Origin: Candidatus Thorarchaeota archaeon
GTDB lineage: Archaea; Asgardarchaeota; Thorarchaeia; Thorarchaeales; Thorarchaeaceae
Assembly (NCBI GenBank): GCA_004524445.1
Contig: SDNP01000018.1
Coordinates: 1 to 60,107, forward strand
Length of the DNA stretch: 60,107 nucleotides
Direction of reading: 5' to 3'
Shown: piece by piece, positions 9,787 to 17,895 of the stretch
Layout of the letters: each line of letters opens with the position of its first letter
Position numbering within the stretch: the stretch's first letter is position 1
Translations under genes and position numbers: made by a program
Notes under the pieces: model-generated
What the model was told of the DNA's origin: nothing
The model's input: only the letters and a program-made list of their open reading frames with translations
Database searches by the model: none

Positions 9787-10897
9787 AGGACAGAACCTCC
9801 TTCATGATTCCATATGAGCCCTTGGTCTTATTCAAATCAAACATGCCAGTAGTGTTCCAAAGAATGATGTGTTCCAGTCCAGCTGAGCAGTAATCCTCCA
9901 ATTGCGATATTATCTCTTCTGCGCCACCAATCATGTAGAATGCTTCGAGCACTGCATCTGGAACCTCCTCGATTGCCTTCAGCATTTCGTTTCTCCCATA
10001 GTCCATAGGGATATAATCGCGCAGTGAATAGAAATCATCTCCAAACGGATGCTGATGTCCAAGTCGTTTCCATTCACTTGCAGGCAGTAATAGGGCGAAT
10101 GCCTTGGCTAAGGGAGTTCTCATTAAGCGATGCCGGGTGGAATCGTCCTCGTCCAAAATACACCAATTCCATAATGCAGCGGTAAATAATCCGTTTCGTC
10201 CCAGTTTCTCTCTGGTTGACTTTAGAGTCCGTAGTCTTTTTGCATAATCCTTGGGTTGCAAGAGAGTTGGGATCCAACCATCGCCAAATTCGGCAGCTAG
10301 TTTCAGCATCTTAGGCCCATGGGCAGCGATCCAGATTGGTGGTGGTTTATCTTGTACAGCGGGACGCAGTGACATGACAGCGTTCCTTAGTGTCCAAAAT
10401 TTTCCCTCAAAATCAAATGGCTCATGAGTCTCCCAGATTAGCTTTATGATTTGCAGTGCCTCACGAAGTTTCCCAACCTGACCTGAATAATTCAAACCAT
10501 AGGGCTCAAGATTTTCTATCTCTCCCGCACCGATGCCAAGTATCGCTCGACCTTGACTGATATGATCTAGTGTGAGAAATGTTTGAGCGAGCAATACTGG
10601 ATGACGTCGAATGGGTTCAGTCACAGCTGATAGGATTTTGCAGTTTTCAGTGACGACAGAACACGCCGACATTATTGAAGCCAATTCAAAGTATGTATGC
10701 GGCGACTGTTGAAGAAGTGCGAGTGGGGTAAAATCAGGTGTCCATATTGATTCCGGTACAAATCCCGCAAAATGGTCAGGGAACGCCATACTGTCATATC
10801 CAAGGCCATCTATTAGTTGAGCGTTCTTCTTCACATTACTCCAGGGAGGCAGGAAAGGGCCGGGAGCCCCAATCTCTAACCGGTGGATATCAGTCAC
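9773..10897 (-). CDS. Luciferase-like (LLM) oxidoreductase, probably F420-dependent
   Basis: PDH, VTEPIRRHP, TLDHISQGRAILGIGAGE, IWIAAHGPKML, GDGW. Confidence 0.88.
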   Translation of the reverse strand: MTDIHRLEIGAPGPFLPPWSNVKKNAQLIDGLGYDSMAFPDHFAGFVPESIWTPDFTPLALLQQSPHTYFELASIMSACSVVTENCKILSAVTEPIRRHPVLLAQTFLTLDHISQGRAILGIGAGEIENLEPYGLNYSGQVGKLREALQIIKLIWETHEPFDFEGKFWTLRNAVMSLRPAVQDKPPPIWIAAHGPKMLKLAAEFGDGWIPTLLQPKDYAKRLRTLKSTREKLGRNGLFTAALWNWCILDEDDSTRHRLMRTPLAKAFALLLPASEWKRLGHQHPFGDDFYSLRDYIPMDYGRNEMLKAIEEVPDAVLEAFYMIGGAEEIISQLEDYCSAGLEHIILWNTTGMFDLNKTKGSYGIMKEVLSYVKQ

Positions 10898-12078
10898 TAT
10901 TTACACATCTCTGAAAACGTGATTAGTGTGTTCTTGACGTTCTCGTAATCGGCAAGTGACAACCACTCATCAATACCATGGAAGTTGCTATCGTCTGCTA
11001 TGGTTCCATAACAGGCGGTGGGAATTCCAACTGATGTGAAGTAATGGCCATCATTACCACCCAAGTCTGCAGATATTGGAATCTCTGAACTCACTGCATC
11101 ATTCACAGCAGCATGGAGTGTCTTAATGAATGGATTTTCGGGATCTGATCCCCATCCATGAAGCCTGACCTTGAATTCAATATCTGTGTCGACGAAGACG
11201 GCTTCTGATGCTTCTGCCAGAAAACTCTTGATATCTTCTTCTATATCCTTTGGATCTTCTTCTGGTATCAAACGGCAGTCAAAAGAGAGCTCTGCCTTTC
11301 CGGGGATGATATTGGTCTTGCTACCAGCTTGATACATTGTCATCGAGAATCTTCCCCAAAGATGTTGATAGGGACTCCCCGGTGGAGCAGGAAGCTTGGA
11401 CGTGATTTTCCTCCGACGATCAGAATATCCCAGCATCTCATTCATTAAAGGGATTGACAAGTGAATGGCATTATTGAATTTGAACGGATATCCGGCGTGT
11501 CCCTGTGTTCCATTGATGGTTATTGTTCCTGCCAGAACCCCACTAGCTCCAATGCTCACGTAGCTAGGCCCGGAATCAACGACGATGGCAAAATCGCCAC
11601 GTATTTTGGGCGGCCCGTTAATAAGATAATCAATACCCCACTCGCCACCAATTTCCTCGTTTGGAGAAACTAGAATCTTCCAGTTAACCTTGGATGAACC
11701 TCGATTAATCAGTTCTTTTGCCGCGCTGACGCAGGCAACAATATTCCCCTTATCATCGGTAGTTCCACGGCCGTATACTTTTCCGTTCTTGACTAGCAAC
11801 TCAAATGGAGGGTGCGTCCATTTTTCTTCATCGCCGGCAGGAACTACATCATAATGTGTGCATAACAATATCGTGTTCTTCGCTCCTGAATCGAGCTCGG
11901 CCACTATATTTGGCTGATTGATTCCATCATGTTTTGAATCGTGAACACTCACCTTGAGTCCAGCATCTTCACAGTATCTTCCAATGACTTCTGTACATTC
12001 TGTGTAATTCTTCTTTTCATCACTATTTGTGTCCAACTCTACAATTTCGCGTAGAAAATCTTCTTCCCATTTGTCCAT
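10897..12078 (-). CDS. M20 family metallo-hydrolase (ArgE/DapE-like)
   Basis: HYDVVP, GRGTTDDKG, EEIG, C-terminal FHGIDE; start set at MDKWEE behind AGGAG. Confidence 0.93.
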   Translation of the reverse strand: MDKWEEDFLREIVELDTNSDEKKNYTECTEVIGRYCEDAGLKVSVHDSKHDGINQPNIVAELDSGAKNTILLCTHYDVVPAGDEEKWTHPPFELLVKNGKVYGRGTTDDKGNIVACVSAAKELINRGSSKVNWKILVSPNEEIGGEWGIDYLINGPPKIRGDFAIVVDSGPSYVSIGASGVLAGTITINGTQGHAGYPFKFNNAIHLSIPLMNEMLGYSDRRRKITSKLPAPPGSPYQHLWGRFSMTMYQAGSKTNIIPGKAELSFDCRLIPEEDPKDIEEDIKSFLAEASEAVFVDTDIEFKVRLHGWGSDPENPFIKTLHAAVNDAVSSEIPISADLGGNDGHYFTSVGIPTACYGTIADDSNFHGIDEWLSLADYENVKNTLITFSEMCK

Positions 12079-12145
12079 AGGATGCCATCTCCTGATTGAT
12101 ATAATAGACAGGTGATACATCCTACTCATTAGCCTTTTGAGAGCA

Positions 12146-12952
12146 TCACTTCTGACATGTCTGACAGAAATTAGTCTTGAAACGATTGGCAGTTATTTCG
12201 GACACTCGCCCGCCACACAGCGGACAAACGCCATCTTTTTTCCCATGTATCATTAAGAAATCACGGTTCTCTAATGTGATTTCAGGGAGCGTTCTTTCGC
12301 GAAGAACATCCATGAATTTCGTAAGGATGCTCCTCATCGAATGAAAAAGGCGTTCGATTTCCTCAGGAGTAAGAGTACTTCTCTTTCTAAATGGAAGAAT
12401 GCCTGCATAGAGAAGAATCTCGTCTGCATATGCGTTTCCAATGCCCTTCACAAAACGCTGGTTGCGCAGAATGTTTTTGATTTCTCCGCGACGACGCTGC
12501 AACAACCGACTGAATTCCTTCAAGGTCAAATCTGGGCTTAGAGCTGACGGCCCTCTATTGGTAAACTCAGCCACATCCGTGTAGTCATGTCCAGAAACTA
12601 GATATACCCGTCCCATTTTCTTTCTGTCTGAATACCATAGAGAATTGGTCTTGAATCTTAAACGAAAGATGTCGCTAGCAGAAGGGCGCCCACCTGCGCC
12701 ACGGACGCTGAATCTTCCGGTTAACATTGGATTGATTATGATCTCGAAGTCGTCACGGAATTTAATCAGAAGGAACTTGCCATCTGCCTCAAATCCATCA
12801 ATTATCTTGCCTTGCAATGTTTCTTTGAATTCATCCACCGTTGTGCCATGGATTGGAAGAGGATTATTTACAGATGCCTGGATGATTGTTTCACCCTTCA
12901 ATAATGTAGACAGCTTTTCTGCAATTACTTTCAATTCGGGGAGTTCGGGCAA
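12146..12952 (-). CDS. Fpg/Nei family DNA glycosylase
   Basis: TTG start at 12952 gives (M)PELPE; GKFL, H2TH GIGNAYADEIL, C-terminal CPLC...CQTCQ zinc finger. Confidence 0.93.
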   Translation of the reverse strand: MPELPELKVIAEKLSTLLKGETIIQASVNNPLPIHGTTVDEFKETLQGKIIDGFEADGKFLLIKFRDDFEIIINPMLTGRFSVRGAGGRPSASDIFRLRFKTNSLWYSDRKKMGRVYLVSGHDYTDVAEFTNRGPSALSPDLTLKEFSRLLQRRRGEIKNILRNQRFVKGIGNAYADEILLYAGILPFRKRSTLTPEEIERLFHSMRSILTKFMDVLRERTLPEITLENRDFLMIHGKKDGVCPLCGGRVSEITANRFKTNFCQTCQK

Positions 12953-13031
12953 AAGACTATCCTCAAGCACATCATTCAATTGTAAGGACATTCGAGTATG
13001 ATTTAAGGGTAGGGGCGCAAAATAGTGATTC

Positions 13032-13628
13032 ATGACTGAGCCAATTGTATACCATATTCAGCAAGGCCGCCTAGTTCTTTTGGAAGACCCAGGTGCCTTT
13101 GGAAAGGGAGATTGCTATCTGGTGGATGCTGGTCCCAAGATTTACCTGTGGATAGGACCAGATTCTACTGTTGATGAAAAATTCCTAACTGCAGCAGAGG
13201 CAGTGATGCACGACACAGCCAGACAGGGGAAAGCCGATATCGATAGAATAGATGGAGGGAATGAGCCAGATTCATTCAAAGCCCTGTTCGATGATTTCGA
13301 GATTACCGACCAAGACACAGCAGGCATACTACGGGAGGTAAGACTTGAAACGCATGAGTACAAACTTTGGCGGGTCCATAGGCAAGGAGATGAGACCTAC
13401 TTTGCGGAGGTACCATTAGATAGTTCCTCGCTTGATACTGGGGATGTCTTTGTACTTGATGCATGGGATGACATCTACGTTTGGAGAGGAAAGAAAGCAA
13501 CAGCCAGAGAGAAATTCGACGGCAATATCATCGCAAGGAGGTACGATGCAGAAAGAGTTGGCGTGCAGGATATTGAAATTATCGAAGAGGGAGAAGAACC
13601 AGCAGAGTTCTTTGATGCCTTTGGCTAA
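13032..13628 (+). CDS. Two-domain gelsolin-like protein (Asgard 2DGel type)
   Basis: Two gelsolin repeats: GDCYLVD..IYLWIG..S..EK and GDVFVLD..IYVWRG..A..REK...EGEEPAEF. Confidence 0.92.
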   Translation: MTEPIVYHIQQGRLVLLEDPGAFGKGDCYLVDAGPKIYLWIGPDSTVDEKFLTAAEAVMHDTARQGKADIDRIDGGNEPDSFKALFDDFEITDQDTAGILREVRLETHEYKLWRVHRQGDETYFAEVPLDSSSLDTGDVFVLDAWDDIYVWRGKKATAREKFDGNIIARRYDAERVGVQDIEIIEEGEEPAEFFDAFG

Positions 13629-13631
13629 TAA

Positions 13632-15071
13632 CTATACTATCCTGAAATGACCGGCACGGGGCTCATACACAGCCCCAGAATCCCTCATTCTAGCTAGTGC
13701 ATTTGCCGCCTCATGAATCTCAACACCGGCTTCAGCAGCAATATCTTGAATATTGGGTCCTAGAGAGCCCTTTTTACCCGAGTCAAGGTTCTGGAGGGCT
13801 CGAAGGACCTTTGTATTAAATTTATCAATCCTACTCTCCTCGCCCCATCGCTCTTGTGCTTGCTCTTTTGTCGCTGTCAGTTCTAGAAACTCCTTCAGAG
13901 CGGGTTCTAACACCGAATTCCAAGCATTCTTCAAGTCTTTGGCAGTTAACTTATCTTTCCATTTTGCGCGAGCAGTAGAGCGTGCGATTCTAATCGTACT
14001 CAGAGGCCGTCCTATTACATCAGCATCAAGCACGCTTCCCTTGGCCAATGCAGCCTCATCAAGCCCGAAACTATCACGAAGGGTCTCAAGCCCAGAAATC
14101 ACATGTTTTACTCCTGCATCAATGCTTCGGGAAGAAATTTGAGGAGTCATTAATTTGTATGTGATTGCAGCCTTCAAAATAGGCAATTGAAGCTCGGTGG
14201 GTTTTGCAGTTTCAACCCAGAAGTCTTCGGATGCCAATGCAATAGGTACATCGGGCAGCGACGCCGTCTTCTGGTTGGTCATCGCACTCAATGAAACCTC
14301 GCTGTAGCCAGAAGGATCACGTCTATCGATGCATATAGTTCTCATTTTTGAAATTGAGGGTTTGCCAACATCCATCCTCCAAATCTTGGGAACGGCTACC
14401 CGAACACCTCTCACATTTCTGGTCTTTCTTCGACGACCTCGCATCGATGGCGGGACAACGTTCTTCATAAATGATAATAATCGATTCACTTGGGATTTCG
14501 AGGCAATTGCTTGGATTCCGGTGGTTAAGCCTCCAATATTCTCCTGAAAAGGAGGACTTGACACAAACAATCGTGCGAAAACACGTTTGCTCGCCTCAGC
14601 CATCCCCACATGTTCAAAGAGCATGTCAGAAACGCCACGCAAATTGAGGGGGGGTGTTATCTCCGAGATGTGTGCTTGTGGTATTTCTTCCACGGAATCT
14701 GCAGTGATAGCTTGAACTGTCTTTGAGCCACGTTCTAGCATTCTTGGGGCCGCAACGCTCTTTCCAGTTATCTCGACCAGTGCCCCTTCGTCGGGTAGCT
14801 CTTGGTCTCTCTTGAAGTAAGCAAATATGCCCTCCAATAACCATGGACTCGGAGTAAGAAGAACAAGGGATGGATCGCGTGTATGATGGGCAAATCCAGA
14901 GATTCTGAATTTGTTGCCAGAGATCCTCTTTTTCAATCGCTTTTGCATTGCAAGCTCCCAAGAAGTGAATTCAGCACCCATCTGGCGCTCAAAGACGTCT
15001 ATGGTGCCTACTGCATCTGACAACCTATCAATAGCAGAACCATGCTTCTCAAATAGGTCCTCTATATCCAA
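13632..15071 (-). CDS. Degenerate MCM-like protein (OB fold, eroded AAA+ domain, lid, winged helix)
   Basis: Collinear MCM-like segments: GALVEITG, SKSQV, RPLSTIRIARSTARAKWKDKLTAKDL, GAVYEPRAGHFRIV; no intact Walker A or B. Confidence 0.65.
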   Translation of the reverse strand: MDIEDLFEKHGSAIDRLSDAVGTIDVFERQMGAEFTSWELAMQKRLKKRISGNKFRISGFAHHTRDPSLVLLTPSPWLLEGIFAYFKRDQELPDEGALVEITGKSVAAPRMLERGSKTVQAITADSVEEIPQAHISEITPPLNLRGVSDMLFEHVGMAEASKRVFARLFVSSPPFQENIGGLTTGIQAIASKSQVNRLLSFMKNVVPPSMRGRRRKTRNVRGVRVAVPKIWRMDVGKPSISKMRTICIDRRDPSGYSEVSLSAMTNQKTASLPDVPIALASEDFWVETAKPTELQLPILKAAITYKLMTPQISSRSIDAGVKHVISGLETLRDSFGLDEAALAKGSVLDADVIGRPLSTIRIARSTARAKWKDKLTAKDLKNAWNSVLEPALKEFLELTATKEQAQERWGEESRIDKFNTKVLRALQNLDSGKKGSLGPNIQDIAAEAGVEIHEAANALARMRDSGAVYEPRAGHFRIV

Positions 15072-15110
15072 ATGATCACAGCTCCATTAATCATCGTAAT
15101 TGTATCTCAT

Positions 15111-16082
15111 TCATTCATTCTGTCCTTCTCGTTTAAGGTACTCCCGGTAGGCTTTTGGGTACCTTTCTGCAAGCTCGTCAACAGATGGAAGTCGCGTGGC
15201 GTAAGGCGTGTATCCCTCACCTGGGGAAACCGATGATATTTGGTTTCTAATAATTTCCTTCAGATTTACATTCATTTCAAATCCAAGAAAATGCCTCCAA
15301 CTGGATTTAGCGGCTACTGCTGTGGTTCCATTCCCCATGAAGGGATCGAGAACAACGTCGCCGGGTTTGGATGAAAAATCGATGCATCTCTCAACTACTT
15401 CCAGCGGAAGCTTTGTGCTGTTCTTCCTTTGTCCAGCACGATAACGTCTCTTTATTTCCCATACATCTTGAGGATAGTGTTCAATCTTATTGAAGAAGTA
15501 TTCATCGATATTCTTCACAAATAAGAGAAGATGGTAATGACTAGTAACGAATTTCCTACGAGTATAGACACCGAAGGGATATTTCCAGATGAGGTGATTG
15601 AGGGTTTCCAATCCCATAACTCGAGCAGCATGAAGAATCGACTCCAAATTGTTCCAACCACTGAATACCCAAACTGAGCCATGTTCCGTAATGACACGGG
15701 GAAGTCCCTTCATCCATCTCAGCGTAAAATCCCCATAGGATTCATCCACTTCCTCATATCCTGATACTACGAAGTCATCTTTTCTATTGTAAGCACCACT
15801 CTTCCCATTAAAATCAATGCCAAATGGCGGGTCTGCAATGACAAGGTCGATTGAGGAATCAGGAATATCTCTCATTCCAATTACACAATCTTTGAAGCAT
15901 ATCGTATCCAATTCAAGAGATCCCAGTTTGTCAGGGGCTTGCTCGTAATTTCTTTTCGCCTTCTGAACACTCCAATCATGGGTTGGCTTGAAGTAAAACT
16001 CAGCGAGATTGGGAATGTATTTTCCTCTCGTAGTTTTCTTCCCCGATTTTTTAGATTCTTTCTCCCCAGTTTCAATGGTCAT
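15111..16082 (-). CDS. N6-adenine/N4-cytosine DNA methyltransferase, beta class
   Basis: Catalytic DPPF precedes SAM-binding DPFMGNGTT; TKLP..VVERCI. Confidence 0.93.
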   Translation of the reverse strand: MTIETGEKESKKSGKKTTRGKYIPNLAEFYFKPTHDWSVQKAKRNYEQAPDKLGSLELDTICFKDCVIGMRDIPDSSIDLVIADPPFGIDFNGKSGAYNRKDDFVVSGYEEVDESYGDFTLRWMKGLPRVITEHGSVWVFSGWNNLESILHAARVMGLETLNHLIWKYPFGVYTRRKFVTSHYHLLLFVKNIDEYFFNKIEHYPQDVWEIKRRYRAGQRKNSTKLPLEVVERCIDFSSKPGDVVLDPFMGNGTTAVAAKSSWRHFLGFEMNVNLKEIIRNQISSVSPGEGYTPYATRLPSVDELAERYPKAYREYLKREGQNE

Positions 16083-16285
16083 AGGCTGCTCAATATATTA
16101 TTCCCTCTCTTCTTCTTAAAGCATCTGAATCCTATCACAGTTAGTACAATCAAAAAACATACAAGTGAATATCACGATTGGTGGGTTTTGATTAAGGAAA
16201 GGGGCCAATGGGCATCTGGCAAATTTGTGTTTCTATATTGGTTGACACTGGTTCTATGCCCCAATAACTCCTGATCACTTGCGCA

Positions 16286-17626
16286 CTAATCCTCGACATG
16301 ACAAGACAGAGTGATACCTAGAGGCGTCAATTCTTCATTTACTCTCTTAATGACTTCATCGCAATCAAAGCCCTTTCCGAGCAATACATGAGCTAGACTC
16401 ATTTGATAGGGAGGAAGGAACGGTAGATTGCTCCTGTCCAAAATCTCTTGGTATCTTTCTTTGATGTCTTCATCCTGCAAATATGACTCCAAGCTACGAA
16501 GGGTTGCTTCATGATGAACAAGCATCTCCGCTATTTTTTCGAGAAATTGTTCCTTTGGCACCCTAACAGATGGTCCAAACAATGAGTGTACATTCTCTTC
16601 AAACCAAGTCCGCACCCTATCAGCTGTTACGTTAGGAACGATGTGTGGCTCTTCTTCTTCCTCGGGAGGGACGACTCTTACAAAACCACGCTTCTCAGCA
16701 GCGAGAACAAAATCCGCAAGAGACGGGTAGCCAAGAGAAGCCAAGTCTATATCCCGCTCCCGAATACTAGGCAATATAGAATCTAGCGTTGGACGTTCAC
16801 CAGAACTTGTTTGTTCTTCTACAATCTCACAGAGCGCTTTGAAAGATTCCCTAGATTCTTCAGATATGCGGTCGCTCTCCGGGGAGGAACCATCTGGTAT
16901 TCTCAGGATAGTACCGGGCAGCTGTCCTTTCCGTTGAATATATCCTTCATCCTCTGCAAATGAGAGAAAGTCAATCCAGCTCTGGAAGCCCAGAATTTTT
17001 TCATCGAAATTGGGATTAAGGGCGTTCATTACATGCTTAACATGACCGATTCCGGGGGTGTTGTCAGCATCTTCTATGGCTTTGACCGCTTCTTGGAGTT
17101 TGACTCCAGCAATCCTTCTAAGATCTGCAAGGCGGGCAGAATCTGAAAGGCAGTCCTCTGGTTCAGCGCATTTGAGTGCACTTGGTCTGAATGAATAAAT
17201 ATCGGAGTACTTGGTGGCCAGATCTATAAGCTCAGTAGATGTGATGATTGGATTGCTGATAATCCAAAGACCCAGCCCGCGGTCGCGTAGTGCTCCTGCT
17301 ATCAGCTTGAAATCCCCGTCTCCAGAAATCATGACAAATTCATCGGTTTCTGGATACCGCACTACATGCTCCATGATATAGGATGCCATTTTGTAATCGC
17401 TTGCGTTGTCCCTAGGTGATGGAATATGGATGAGGTCATATCCCAATTGATGGAGATTCTCAGCGATTATTCTTCTGCTATCCCAGTCTGCAAAAGCGTA
17501 GGCTTTGACCACACGCCCAGACTCTCGAATACGACTTGTAATCTGCTCATGAGTTGATGGAATATCATGGACATTCTCAATATCCCAAAAGATGGCTAAT
17601 TGTGTTATTTTGCTAGTAGGTTCCAT
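16286..17626 (-). CDS. NYN (PIN-like, LabA/DUF88) ribonuclease with OST-HTH/LOTUS-like domains
   Basis: IFWDIENV, DNASD, ISGDGDF; then FDEKILGFQSWIDFL and DLASLGYPSLADFV repeats. Confidence 0.85.
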   Translation of the reverse strand: MEPTSKITQLAIFWDIENVHDIPSTHEQITSRIRESGRVVKAYAFADWDSRRIIAENLHQLGYDLIHIPSPRDNASDYKMASYIMEHVVRYPETDEFVMISGDGDFKLIAGALRDRGLGLWIISNPIITSTELIDLATKYSDIYSFRPSALKCAEPEDCLSDSARLADLRRIAGVKLQEAVKAIEDADNTPGIGHVKHVMNALNPNFDEKILGFQSWIDFLSFAEDEGYIQRKGQLPGTILRIPDGSSPESDRISEESRESFKALCEIVEEQTSSGERPTLDSILPSIRERDIDLASLGYPSLADFVLAAEKRGFVRVVPPEEEEEPHIVPNVTADRVRTWFEENVHSLFGPSVRVPKEQFLEKIAEMLVHHEATLRSLESYLQDEDIKERYQEILDRSNLPFLPPYQMSLAHVLLGKGFDCDEVIKRVNEELTPLGITLSCHVED

Positions 17627-17895
17627 CGTCACCAAGAAACAAGTGGTTACATACTTACTGATAAGGTCTAAGGATGTGTGCATAAGGTGACTGCTTCAGC
17701 CAAGCTTCTTCTCCTAGATATATCTTCAGCCTGCCATAATATGCAAAGCTATTCCATGCGTAACGACAATGAGTTGTTCATTTGTAATCATAGTGTCACT
17801 TGTTGGGTTGACAAGGGCTTCGCAGTTGTCAAGAACACAACTGAAGTTTCGGTGTGGGTTACCTATTGACAGAGGCTTTGATGTCCAAGTAATCC

